From the NCBI GenBank assembly GCA_028534125.1, contig CM052817.1:19098001-19162000 (forward strand): a stretch of 64,000 nucleotides of DNA. Reading direction: 5' to 3'. The position numbers were made by a program, and so were the translations under genes. The first letter of the stretch is position 1. Each line of letters opens with the position of its first letter. Under the pieces are notes generated by a model that did no database searches, was not told where the DNA came from, and worked only from the letters and a program-made list of their open reading frames with translations. The DNA is from Lama glama. Its lineage: Eukaryota. Positions 12,741-26,070 of this stretch are shown here, in pieces.

Positions 12741-14229
12741 GACTATGAATGCTAGCACTATGAATTAGCTAACGTTTCGTATTCTTACTGATCCCTTATA
12801 TTGCCCTTGAAATATTAGTTTTCCTGGAGAAAAACACTTAAGTTGGTAGCATTATGGTAGATCATCAAACACTGCATTTTTGTCAGCTGTTAAGTGTAAG
12901 AAATATTGTGTTTATGTGTTCTGCCTTTTAGTCAATAATGAAAGCCATAAAAATGATTAAATCTTAGGAAAAATAGAGTCCCTGAAGAAAGATGAAAACA
13001 ACATATATCTAAGAAAAGAGCGAGCTGAGGAGAAGCATTAAATATTAAAAAATGAAACAAAAACTCATAAAGAAATACTACAATAATGCCTTATTCTGCC
13101 TATCCATTCCTTCCCTTGGCCTTAGGTAATTCAGGTTGTAACTAGATTTAGAAATAATGATCCAGTGTCTAAAAAGGTTGGCAAATATCCGAAAAGGGAC
13201 AAATGCAAAGTGATCTTCGTGTGCCCCAATAGCTGATACTAAGAGAAGATTAAGAATTTACACGAAAACCAAACTAACAAACCTTACAATAATGACAGAA
13301 TTGTCTGTTAATGCCTCACAGGCAGCTGTTAACTCTGTTTATAACTCTATTAACTTCCAAGCATTCTGTCTCAAAAGAGGACAGGAGAAGCTTCTTCTGT
13401 GTGTTTATGTTTGGGGGGAGGGGGGCAAGAGAGCTGTGGTGACTGAGACTCAGAAGGGTGTTAAAATCCACCCAGACTTGAGACATCATGGAGGTACAGG
13501 GTTCATCCACGTATCCTCCGCTATTCACCCTGCTCTGTCTCCTAAGATCTGACCAATAACACCAGCATGAGTGATCAGGAGGTACTTGGGATCACTGACA
13601 CTGCCGTCAGTATCATGGCCAGCCACGGGGTCTGTCGTCTCACCGAGGAGCAGGTGATTGCCAAACAGAAATACCAGACTGCAGGCGAAAACGTGGCCTC
13701 ATATGGATAGCTCAGATGGCCCTCTGGCTAACTAGCTGTGAAGCCTGACCTAGCCATTTTACTAAGCTGAGACTTTTTTTAATCCCTTATCTTTTGTCAT
13801 TGAAAATTTGAAGACTGTTTGTCACATTGAGTTAGAGTTGTCCTTTAGTGAAACTGGATTTCGGAAACAAATGTCAAAAGCATGATCTTGCAGGTCTTAG
13901 TGGGCTTCCCCTTCTTAGAAAATACAGTCTTAAAATTTGCTACCCAGACACCAAGAGAAAGAGGGCAGTAAATGAACGTGAAAAATGATATTATAAAGAT
14001 AAAGGTAAAATACTTATACTTTTAATCTTTTCATTTATCATATTAATATGTTTTAGTTCTGGGCAAAGAGGTTTAGTTCTGGGGCAAAGAGGTTACTTGA
14101 TGGCTTTCCTTGTGAGGGGTTTAAAAAAGCTGCATAATGATTTTGAATTAGTATTTATATAAGAGTGTGCCTGTATGACAGCAAAGTATTGCAACCTCAC
14201 ACTACATTCTTCTCACTATATTATTGTGA

Positions 14230-14640
14230 GTACTCTTTTTGTAAAGAGCACCCTATACTATGGAGGACTTTGACAAACTTAAGAATCTCAAGCAGGTTGA
14301 TCAGTAAAGAAAGGACCTAAGAAACCATTAGAGTTAGGGTTAGTTAGGGCTTATAATGAAATGCAGTGGAGGAATTTAAGAGAATTTAACCTGGACACAT
14401 TCTAAGTGATTTCAAATCACTGAAGTTCCGTTGTCCAGGAGAATCAGTGTTGCACTGATTGAGATTGCAAAAACCATGATCAGCAGTAAATATTCCAGTG
14501 AACCAGGTTTTGGTTCCAAATAAGGAAGAACTGAATATTAGAACTCAGTGAAAATGCGAATCACCTGGAGCTGAAGTCTAATGTCAACTTGTTAGGTGCA
14601 GTTATCCTGCTGTGAAGTTGTGAGTTGAACCAGTTTTCCC
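14230..14640 (+). mobile_element. L3/CR1 ORF2 3' remnant
   Basis: gaggactttgacaaactt...tttaacctgga...ttcaaatcactgaag...aataaggaagaact are L3-like motifs. Confidence 0.5.
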
Positions 14641-16074
14641 ACTATAACTCCATGTTCGTGCTATTTTCTAGGGACATTTCATAATGGGACCAGAATTAAA
14701 GTAGCTAAATCTACTCAAAGTACAACTGGGAAATATATAAATCACTTTCCCTGAAGTCAGTAGAGAAGTTTGGTTTTTTTTTTCAATTATTTGATAGCTG
14801 TGTTTAAAAAAAAAGCACTACATGAAGTCACAAAACGTATTTTATTTCTACAAAGTGGGGAAGTAAAATCTGATTCTTTCTAAGCCTCATAGAGCTGTAG
14901 AAGTCTATAAAATGCTCTTAATTAAGGTAACAGTGTTAGCATTGGCTCTGTCCTTACCATGCAGAAAACTGCATGCAGGCAAAAATCACAGTTCTTGTGT
15001 GGAAAAGAAAAAAAAAGCTCAACTTGTTGAAATGGTGTTTGAACTATAGAGTTACGTTTGAATTTTGAAGGCCCTCAATTACCAAGTAGAAATTAGAACG
15101 TATTTATGCAGATAAAGAGATCTTAGAAAGGTTAATTAATATCATGGTTGGTTATTCATCAGATACTTACGAGCTGCCCAGAATGGCTCACTTGCTGCCA
15201 CCGTGTCTGGGGAAAATAATTCTTCGGTGAGTGATCAGAACAATGAGAGAATCAAAGGAAATTGGTCAAACTGCAACTTCGTCACAATCCTACAGATTAT
15301 ATTTAGAAAAATCAATTAAATTACTTTTAACTTCCTTCTTAACTTTGGAAAATGTACATACTAATAGTACCTGCCTGCAATGAATTTTTGTAAATACTGA
15401 ATGAGATAATTCAAATAAACCCATAGTGTAAATCAATTATATTTCAATTAAAAGCAAAACAAAAGATAACAAAAAAGCAAACACGTGGTGCTTATTCATT
15501 ATTATTAATGCAACTACTCTAAACTATTAGATACTTATAAAATAAATCAGTCCTGAGTTTACAGAGTGTTCTTAGGGTCTCATTTAAATGTCTATTATAT
15601 CGATCAATATTCAAATAACTCCAATTATAAGAAGAGAACATGGATAAAAATTTGGTGCCTGGAATGGAAAACAGTAATCTTTAAGTTTACATAGTACAGG
15701 AGTTTTTCTCTCTCTCTCTCTCTTTTTTTTTTTTTGTTTGAACCCACAAGAAACTGAGCTACAGTAGTCACTTTAAAATGTTTATTAAATGAACTTTGAA
15801 TAAATGGATTCACTTTTCTTTGCAGCTGTGCTTTAAATAAATAAAATATAGGCTGATTGGGCAAGTAACCTAAGAAAAAGCAAACTAAATTATGTATTTT
15901 AAGTCAAATAACTCATTTTAATTTTCACATAGCTCCACTTTAAACTTTTTGACCATACAATTTTCAGTATCATTTTATAGTAACAATCAGTGTTCTCTGA
16001 CAATTGAAGGGATATTGTGGTTTATTTTGTTTTGTTTTGCTGTTGTTTTTATTGTGAGATACTCTTTCATCAAT

Positions 16075-16450
16075 CTTTGCTTAGGTAACACTGCCAGAAT
16101 CTCAGTGGCTTACAACACACGTTCATCTCTCATCTTTAGACCTGCCGATGAGCGGCAGATGCTCCAGACACAGGCTTGCTTCAGGTCTGTTCACACATCT
16201 TCATTTATCCACCCAGGCAGAAAAGGCAGCTACTGCATGCAGTGTGCTTTTCTTCCTGTGGATGAGAGTGGCCAAGAGGCTCAGTAATACTGAGTAGGAG
16301 TCCAGGCGATATATGTCATACCCACTCACATTTCACTTGCTCAGAGCAAGTCACAAGGCCAACTACAACATCCATGCGATGGGAAAGTATATTTCCCAAT
16401 GCAGATCAGGGAGCTGGTGAATTTTTACTTTTCAGTAATACCATCAATCA
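16075..16450 (-). mobile_element. MaLR LTR (MLT1I/J-like)
   Basis: aatctcagtggcttacaacac ... ctcacatttcacttgctcagagcaagtcacaaggccaa...gggaaagtatatttcc, antisense MLT1 pattern. Confidence 0.7.
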
Positions 16451-19227
16451 GAGTCACATTTTACAGACTCTCCACTATCCCAATAATGTAATATTTCACA
16501 CATTTTGAAAAGATGTTTTTAAATGAAAGCAGTAAAAAAAATATTCTTGGTATTAAGCTATTGTAATAATAGTGCTTACAGTGTTCTTTTACATTGTATC
16601 ATGTTATATTTGGTAAGCGCTGGGGATGAGAAAACAGCATCATAGAATTAGTCCATTTATAATCTAACATGAGATTTAAGTGTGTTTATTTTTATCTGCC
16701 AGAGCCAGAACACATTTGACCTGAAAATTGTGACATAAGCTTTTATTTTTCAAATTTAAATTTTAAATGTTAAAGGAAACTGTAGTGAGAGATTTTGATC
16801 ATTAGTTTTGATATTTTGTAGTATTTAATAATTCAGAATTAAATTGTTTTGGGTAGTGGGGTGGCATGGGGCTAAGATTATTAACTAAGAAGTTAACTGC
16901 CAACTATGTCTCATTCTGTCTCCCCAAACCACTGTGATGAATTCCAGGTGACATTTGTGCAACAACAATAGTTAGATTCCAAGGAATAACACATAGGAAT
17001 ACAAATATGCAGACATATTAACAATTTCTTTAATATCTTTAAGCTTTAAATATCTGAAAATGTATTAATATAAACTTAAGATTGATTTAGATCTTCAACT
17101 TGTAAATTTTGTAGTGATAGTGTGTCCTGTATGTATGGATTTGTTATATTCTACCAGTACCATTTATAATGTCATCCACCTAGATAACTAAATATGTACC
17201 TATCATTTATACATTTAACAGTTTGACTTTATTTCAGATTCTATTGATGACAATATTCTAAATTGTGTTCAAGAATATACATTTATTTTTCATATATTCT
17301 TTGTGATTTTATATACATGTGTATATATGTGTGTGTAGAGAGAGAGAGCAAGAGTCCTATGTTTATATTCATTCTGAGTGTTTTCTGAGGAAGTGCATGA
17401 TTTTAATTACCTTCTAAATTAAAAAGATTCACATTAATGTCCTACAAATTATTTTTACAAATGATCTTAGCAGTTTCAACTTTGTCTAAAAATTGCGTAT
17501 CAAATCTGAATTCCATACAGATTCCTAAATGAATAACTTTTTCCCATGATCTTTATGTCAGTGAACTACAAAGACTTATAGCTCTTACATTTTGCAAACA
17601 TAAAATTATATTGGCACGAATATTTAGAATTAGAGAGCCTGGATTCATTATCTGTCTCCATCAATTAATGTTAGATTATGGACAGATCGTTTATCTTTAT
17701 TTCATCTTAGAATTATGTAGGCAGCCTCATCTAGTAGAATTTCTAGTTAAGACATCCATTTCTCATAATACTGACTTTAGAATCATCCTATATTTTCTCC
17801 TACAAAAGATGGAATAAAAGCTTCACTAATTATGACCATACTGTGTACAACTTTAAATATACTCTTGGCTCATAATCAAGTGATTGAAAACTTTCAATAG
17901 TTTTTTTTAAATCAATCACAAATAGTATTAATTTGATTCTTCCCATGTTATGAGAACTCAAGTCAATACCTTATTTGAACCAATACCTTATTATTGGTTT
18001 AAGTTTGTAATGGAGATGTGTCATTTCCAGAGTAACTTATGGATGCAAATTAAAGATGACAGAGTGAGAGAGGTTGGGAGTGGGGAAGAGAGAGAAAGAG
18101 AAATTCTGTGAAATAATTTCAGTAAATATTAAAAGGACATTTTAAAAACAAGCCTTCACAACTCTGAAGGTTTGCTTACAGAACAGAGTTAAATGACTTT
18201 AGAATTTCTTCTAATTGAATCTTTTAATACTTGTTGTGTTGAAAGAGAAATTGGGCAGGATTGGAAATCTTGAGATCCAGATGTTTATGATGAGGTTCTC
18301 AGGTAAAATATTGCCTTTGATAGCACTGAATGAATCTTTCCTTAACCTCTGATTGACAGTTAAGAGATTAGAGTACCTTCAGGGTACTAGAGTTATGGTA
18401 TATAAATGGAAATAGGATTGATATAAAAATGCAGTCATGGTGGAGTTTGACATCAGGGCCATGCCTAGACAAGCAAAAATAATTGCACAAAAGCCTTGAA
18501 TGTGCTGCTATTTCTACCGTCTTAATCTTTTTTGACTTTCTTTAATAAGAAGGATTATTTAATAATCAAAGCAATATCACGGTATGACTGGTATGTGAAC
18601 TGACATAAATGACAGCTATGTTTGACTTAAAAATGTTCAGGTAAGACTCCACAACTCTTGATGGCTTGAGAGCATTTAAGACACGGTTATTACTCACTTA
18701 ATTTCAGGATTTGTTGCATGACCTTATTCTAGTGTTGCTCCAAACTGATGTGTGTTGGCTTAAGAAATCGATAGAATAGACTAAACCATTTGATTACAGA
18801 CAAGTTTAGCACTGAAAATATAAGAATACCCGAGAAAATGGAATTGTCAAAATTACTCTCAAGGGATATTTATATGTCAGAATAATAAAAGGGGAAATGC
18901 AAATGAAAAAAAAATAAAATAAAAATGCAATTTAAGTACCAAATATAACAATTCAATATCAGCAAATCCTTATGGATGTTTTTTATTTCTATGTAATCTA
19001 TGTCTGGATCTTAATCATTCCAAGGACACCTGCATAAATATCTTATCAATAGCACTGTATTTCTCATGAGAACAGCCATATGTAATTTACTTAGATACTT
19101 CCTTGGTTTGGAAAACAATGTGCAGGTTAAGCTCTATTTTTGTTTTACTTTAAGTTTTATTTAAATTTTTTGGCGGGCACTCTGATTTTCCTTGACATTT
19201 CACCATACTGAAGTGGTGAGGAAAACA

Positions 19228-21197
19228 ATTTCTGTGATGTTGCCAGTAACTTCTCTCTTTTTTATTTTGGATTTTATTGATTTGGGCCTTCTTTTTTTCT
19301 TGATGAGTTTGACTAGAGGTTTATCAATTTTGTTTACCTTTCTAAAGATCCAGCTCTGAGTTTTATTAATCTTTCCATTGATTTGCTATCTCTATTTTGT
19401 TTATTTCTGCTCTGATCTTTATGATTGCTTTGCTTCTAGTAACTTGGGGCTTGTTTATTTTTCTTTTTCTACTTTCTTTAGATGTAAAGTTAAGTTGTTT
19501 ATTTAAGATTTTTCTTATTTTTTGAGGTAGGTTGTATCACTATAAGGTTTTTCTTAGAACTGCTTTTGCTGTGTCCTGTACGTTTTGGATTGTAGCATTT
19601 TTGCTTTCATCTGTCCCTTGGATTTCATCAGTGACTCACTGATTGTTTAGCAGCACGTTGCTTAGCCTCCACGTGTTTGTAGTTTTTGCAGTTTCTTTCT
19701 TGTAGTTGACTTCTAGTCTCACGTGGTCAGAAAAGATGCTTATATGATTTCAATTTTCGTAAATTTACAGAAGATTTGTTTTATGGTCTGACTTGTGATC
19801 TATCCTGGAAACTGCTCCATGTGCACTTAAAAAGAATGTGTATTCTGCTGCTTTTGGATGGAATGTTGTTTATATGTCTATTAAGTCCTTCAATCTAATA
19901 TGTCATTCAAGGCCAGTGTTTCCTAATTGATTTTCTACCTGCATGATCTGTTTATTGATGTAAGTGGAGTGCTGAAGTCCCTTACTACTATTGTGTTACA
20001 GTCAGTTTCTCCCTTTATGTCTGTTAATATTTGCTTTCTGTATTTAGGAGCTTCTATATTGGGTGCATATACATTTACAATTGTTAGATCTTTTCCTCAG
20101 ATTGATCCCTTATTCATTAGGTAATGTCCTTCTTTGTCTCTTGTTACAATCTTTGTTTTAAATTCCATTTTGTTTGATGTAAGTATCAGTACCCTGGCTT
20201 TCTTTTCATTTTAATAAGCAAGGGATACTTTTTTCCATCCCCTTATTTTCAGTCTGTGTGTCTTTAGGTCTGAAGTGAGTCTCTGTAGGCAGCATATGTA
20301 TATCTTGCTTTTGTGTCCATCCAGCCATTCAGTGTCTTTTGATTGGAGCATTTAGTTGATTTACATTTAAAGTAATTATTGATAGATACATATTAATTAC
20401 AATTTGGGTAATTGTTTTGGGATTGTTTTTGTAGTTCTTTTTGTTTCATTCTTCTTTTGCTCTCTTCTCTTGAGATTTGATAATTATCATTAACATTATG
20501 TTTGGATTTCTTTGTGTGTGTATTGTGTGTGTATCTATTATAAAATTGTCGTTTGTGGTTACTGTGATGTTTATATATAGAAATCTATATATTTTCATGA
20601 TTATTTTAAGTTGCTGATCTCTTAAGTTCAAATGCATATTAAGAACCCTGCATTTTAATTTCCCCCAAGTATACTGTTTTTGACATATTTTACATTTTTT
20701 TCTTTTTTTGCATAGTCCTTAAATACTTATTGTGGCCTTAGATGATTTTACTACTTTTGTCTTTAGATTTCCTACTAGCATTATAAGTGATTGATCTACT
20801 ACCTTTATTCTATATTTGCCTTTACCAATGAGATTTTTCTTTTTATATTTCTCTTATTTCTTACTTTGGCTTTTCCTTTTCTGCTTAGACAAGTCCCTTT
20901 AATATTTCTTTAAAGCTGGTTTGGCAGTGCTGAACTCTTTTAGCTTTTGCTTGTCTGTAAAACTTTTGATCTCTTCTTTAAATCTAAATGATATCCTTGC
21001 CTAGAATATTCTTGGTTTTGTGTTTTTTTCCTTTCTTTTCTTTAAATATATTGTGTCACCCCCTTCTGACTTCCAGAGTTTCTGCTGATAGCCAGTTGAT
21101 AGCCTCATGGAAGTTCACCTGTATGTAACTAGTTGCTTTTCCCTTCCTGCTTTTAATATTCTCTATCATTAATTTTAGCCAGTTTAAGTACAGTGTG
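19228..21197 (-). mobile_element. L1 fragment covering the ORF1 C-terminus, inter-ORF region and ORF2 endonuclease region (degraded)
   Basis: Antisense L1 EN text (tggtcagaaaagatgctt, aagaatgtgtattctgctgcttttggatggaatgtt, gtgctgaagtcccttactactattgtgtt) and ORF1 text (gctgaactctttagcttttgcttgtctg). Confidence 0.9.
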
Positions 21198-21712
21198 GTC
21201 CAACAAGCCAATAAATCCAGAAATGAGGTGTTGGGGCAGGAATAGTTACTTTATTCAGAAAGCCAGCAGACAAAGAAGATGGCAGACTAGTTTCCCAAAG
21301 AAAAATATTTCTCAAGTTAGAATTCAGGCTTCTTTTTATACTAAAAGGGGAGGGTGTATGGCTGGTTGTTGCAGACCTCTTAGAGCTGGCCAGGCTCCAG
21401 GTGTGATGTGATAATCCTTTGTTCTTGCAGCTGTCCACATAGGTCTAGTCATGATGTTCCTGCAAACCTCCAACAAGGCAAATGTTTTGCAACTTTCTAT
21501 AAATGAAAAGTGTTACGCCTTTGAGGTCAAGCCTGGGAAGGAGAATCTTGAGCAAGATAATTATGTATGTTTCAAGCTACAGGCAAAATTATATTACCGA
21601 CTACCAGACAGAGGCACAGAGCCAGCATGACTAAGCACAGGCAACATAGCACAAAGGGTAGAGCTGAGGGAATAGATCCAGCATGGAGTCAGGTTTGTTC
21701 TTCTTAGTTACA
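21198..21712 (-). mobile_element. ERV1-type LTR, 3' end truncated
   Basis: Minus strand begins TGTAAC at 21712; TATA-like at ~21333-21340 and AATAAA at 21250-21255 on minus; homologous to the LTR at 21751-22268. Confidence 0.8.
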
Positions 21713-21750
21713 GACTCAAAGAATGACTTAAGATGTGCTCCTGGTATTTC

Positions 21751-22268
21751 TATAATAGACAAGACTAAATCTGACTCCATAGTAGATCTGTTTCTTTAAC
21801 TTTAACCTCTGTATTCTGTTGCTTTTGCTAAAAGTTAATCAAAGGGATGTTACCTATAGCTTAAAGTATACATAATGGCCCATATCCAGGAACCCTGCCT
21901 CCCATGCTTGATCTAATAGCTCATATACCTTTTTTTAAGCTCACAGGAAACATCCTGACCAGTCCCACCTATCAGTGCCTGCAGGAAGCAAGACATTAAC
22001 ACATCCCTTCCAGAGTCTGGTGGAACCAGAAAATATTTGTAGCAATTTATTGCCTCTTTTACTTTACTTCCTTGCCCTTCTCCTACTTTTGCTCTATAAA
22101 ACAACCTAAAATTCAAACCTGGGCAAGATGGTTCTTTGGGACACTAGTTCATCATCTTCTCATTTTGCTGGCTTTCCGAATAAAGTCACTGTTCTTTGTC
22201 CCAACAATTCCTCTCTTGATTTATTGGCCTGTTGTGCAGCAAGAAGTAATACCTCGGACTCAGTGACA
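21751..22268 (+). mobile_element. ERV1-type solo LTR inserted in an old L1
   Basis: TATAA (decayed TGTAA)...CA termini; TATAAAA at ~22095; AATAAA at 22179; near 4-bp TSD tttc/cttc; L1 sequence continues across it. Confidence 0.85.
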
Positions 22269-22845
22269 CTTCTGTCCTCTGAAAGAGACTGTAATGAACT
22301 GGTTTAATTTCTTCCTTAAGTGTTTGATGAATTCACTAGTAAATCATCAGGGCCTGATGCTTTCTATTTTGGAAGGATTTTAATTATTGATTTGATTTTT
22401 TAGTAGACGAAGGCTTAAGCAGATTGTCAACTTTTTTCTTGTGTGAGTTTTGGCAAATTGTGTCATTCAAGGAATAGGTCCATTTCATCCAGATTATTAA
22501 ATCTGTGGCCAGACTTGTTTATAGTATTTCCTTTTCATCCTTTTAATGTCCATAGGATCAGTAGTGATGTTATTTCTTTAATTTCTAATATTAGTAACCT
22601 GTGTCTTCTTTTTCTCTTTGTTAGCCTGGCTAGAGGCTTATCAATTTTATTGATCTTTCAAAGAATCAGATTTTGATTTTATTGATTCTCACTATTGATA
22701 CCTTGTTTCAAATTTTATTAATTTCTACTTTAGTTTTCATATATTTTTTTCTTATGTTTAGTTTGTATTTAGTTTTCTCTTCTTTTATTTAGGTTTCTAA
22801 AGTGGAAATATTGATTACTTATTTTAGGTATTTCTTTTTTATACA
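22269..22845 (-). mobile_element. Old L1M ORF2 fragment (the 38-bp spacer 21713-21750 is also part of it)
   Basis: ctgaaagagactgt...tttcttccttaagtgtttgatgaattcactagtaa; ttagcctggctagaggcttatcaattttattgatctttcaaagaa. Confidence 0.85.
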
Positions 22846-22847
22846 TG

Positions 22848-23163
22848 GGAGAAATTTGGGCATGGAAGCAAACATACATAGAGGCAAGACAATGTGAAGA
22901 CACACAAGAGAATGCCATGTGAAGACATAGGATAGGAGTAATGCATCTACAAGCCAAAGAACACTAAAGATTTTCAGGAAACCACAGGATATAGGGAGGG
23001 GGAAAGGAGGATTGACTTGCAGGTTTTAGAGGGAGCATGACTTTTCCTGACACCTTGATTTTGGACTTCTGTTCTTCAAAGCTCTTAGAGAATACATTTT
23101 TGGGTTCTTTTAAAGCCACTTAGTTTATGGAACTTTGTTATGGAAGTCTTAGGAAACTAACAC
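22848..23163 (+). mobile_element. MaLR LTR (MLT1B/C-like), 5'-truncated
   Basis: tgccatgtgaagac...atgcatctacaagccaa...gacaccttgattttggacttct...ttaaagccacttagtttatgg...taggaaactaacaca. Confidence 0.85.
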
Positions 23164-25804
23164 AGTAATGAACATTATTGTAAAAAAAAAAGTGAACTAA
23201 TAATGATAGTAAACACCTAAGTAACTGTTTTTCCAGGGTCTCAGTGTGCTTAAGAGTTTAAATTCCTAAAAAGAACAACAGATGATTAGACTGACATTTT
23301 TTCTTCCAGGATATTTACCGTTTTTCTTTGCCCCTCATTTTACTTATACACATCCCCAAAGAAATTTAAAAAACTATGTAAAAATTTTTTGTGGATACTG
23401 TTATTTTTTACTGCTGTTGCCCCTTTTTTCTACATCAATCCCTAAAATCTTTGTTGAGTATTGTCCTATTTCTCTGTGTCTCTCTCTTTATCACTCTGTC
23501 TCTCCTCCTCTAGTAATTATTTTTTAAAGAAGTCAAAGTGGTGGAGATTAACTTTAGTTTGCTTTTTTAATGGCCCTTTTTTATATTTCAAAGTCCCCAC
23601 CAGAATCTTTTTGAGTAAATATCTATTCAATTATTTCCTACCCAAATATTTTAGTTGTGAGATTTACTCCTCTTATGATTCCATTCTGTGTTGATTCATC
23701 CCTTTAACTCAATTCAAATTGCAAAGACCTCAAATTACTTAATTACTGATGAAAGACAGTTGGGAACTTTGAAGGTACTTGACCAAATTTTCTCAGTCCA
23801 TATTATCATAAGCTTATTTTATCTATATAGTTCTATGTAATCACATAATTTTTATAGGACGAATTTTCCATGAAAAATCATAAAGCGAATGACTAAATGT
23901 GAAGTTACTGATATTCTATGGCGATCATGTAGTAGATGAGGATTTTTTTAAATTAAATCTAGAAATTATTCTTTTCAGCCATATAATTTTAGAATTTGAA
24001 TAAATATGAGATAATTTGGATTAATATTTACATTTGTATAAACTAAGCAACAGATGTCTTAGCAAATTTAGCCAAAACCAGCCAGGTGCATCCTACATGT
24101 TGGAATGGAGTCAGTGTATCAGAGAAATGATAAAATAATTTCTAAATATTACTTACATTTACTGGAAAGTAGGTTAACCATTGTTAGACTTTAATTTAGA
24201 TTCTTGATCTGTTCTGATATGATTTTCATGAATTCTGATGAAATTCTTCACTTTATTTATGTATTCATACATTTTTTCTAAACATTGTTATATTCCAATT
24301 TCTTCATGTTTTTTATTTAAGAGAAATGTCTCAGGATATGTAATAAATCTATATAATTTCTAGACAAATATCTCAATTTTAGAAAATTTCATTGCATAAA
24401 ATCAAAAAGAGAGAGAGAGAGCTGGTGCAAAAGAGTAAACTACTATTCTTTCTACCCTATTTTTTTGTGCTCTGATTTTTTTCTTTTTTTTTGTTGTATA
24501 GAAATTCATTCTAACATACCAATGCACATAAGTATAATCACAAAGAAACCTTACTCTTCTTCCACTTTGTTTCCACTCTTGAATTTTGCTTCATAGATAA
24601 CATGATATATATTTCATAATTTTAGCAAAGCAGGGCTATTTATTATAATTGCATTTTCTTCTCTTCTGTCCACTATAAAATTGTCTCTTGACATAAAGGT
24701 CAATTAAAATAAATTTGTTTTGAGGTTAAGAAATCTGAGTTTAGTTCCAGCTGTATAACTCTGGAAAAGCAAGTTAACCTCTGAATCTGTGTTTCCTCAT
24801 GTATGCAGAAACATCACAGTGTTTATCATATTTCCTTCAAATGTTCAGAGAATATAAAAGGACCTTAAAAATATAAGATTGTGTTTATAAAAATATTTAT
24901 AGCCCAATCTTCAATTGTTATCAACATTTCTAGGAGATGAAATTAATAACTACTTTTACTCTTTAACTAAATAGACACTGTATCCAAGGTTATCCTGGGA
25001 GTGTATTATAAGCACCATTATCTGAAGAATTTGCCCAGCTTTGCCTTGGCTATTAGTTGTATGTAGTAAGCTACTTATGTTAACCTAAAGATAAATGCTT
25101 TTAAATGAGAATGAAGTAAATGAGACAACAGGGAATTTACAAAACAAAACAAAAAAAAATGATAGAAAAAGAAAGAAACTCATATCACGATGTCATTTAA
25201 AACATTAAGTACCTGGTGGAAGTTAGGGTGTTACATAAATCTGTTAATTTCTAGATAGATCATGTATAAGAGAAAAATCTCCATGAAATGACAGGAAATA
25301 AAGAATAGAAAAACCATCCATTACATTGTTTTATTAATCTCCACTGGCACCATTTCAACTCTATTTGTTATATCTCTTGCTTAATATCATACTTTACATA
25401 TTTTAAATGCAATACTTTGCACATGTGGCGAGCTACATACAGTGGAGAAGCAACTTCATAAATTGATGCCCATGTAGCATGATGTGCATCCTTCTTCTGC
25501 CTTGGTATCACTCTTTATTCCTCAATCCTCAGCCTTTTGGATCATCCACTTTGAAGGTGATCCCCAATGTTTTTCTATTTGTCTTCATTTCATGAATTAG
25601 TAATTTCAGTTTTTTACTAATTGTGATGTGTACTTGTGTAAGTAATATTTTGTAAGTACCATGACTGAAGAGACCATGCTAGTTTTCTTTATTATCTTAA
25701 ATCCAATTTGTAGGACAGTATTTGGAACAAGTAGGCACCAAATAAATACAAGTGGAATAATATAATACATGGTTCCTACAATTTTATTTATTTTAAGCAC
25801 TATT

Positions 25805-26070
25805 AACTCATTTATTCTTTAAATGAATATTTATTGAGCACTTAACATATATCAGTAAATAAGACACTAAAAAGACCTGCCTTATTCACTTAGATTGTAT
25901 AAGGGAAAAGGGACCATGACAGTAAGCAATAAATAAATAATTTTATAGTATGTTAGAAAGCAATAAGTGATTCTGAAAAAATAAAATAGCCTAGTGTAAT
26001 GGGGATTAGATATTTGGGGCCAGGGGCCAGGGCAGGTTAATATATTAACAGGAAGAAATGTTAAGTTCAT
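25805..26070 (-). mobile_element. L2 3' end
   Basis: cattt...aatgaatatttattgagcact antisense L2 terminus. Confidence 0.55.

Noticed and set aside
14051..14093. Short tandem duplications (also 17965-17993 and 38780-38824)
   Set aside because: Ordinary 17-26 bp slippage duplications with no further structure.
19927..20637. ORFs inside L1 as intact ORF2 or ORF1
   Set aside because: Short frames within a heavily mutated L1; no intact EN or RT coding capacity.
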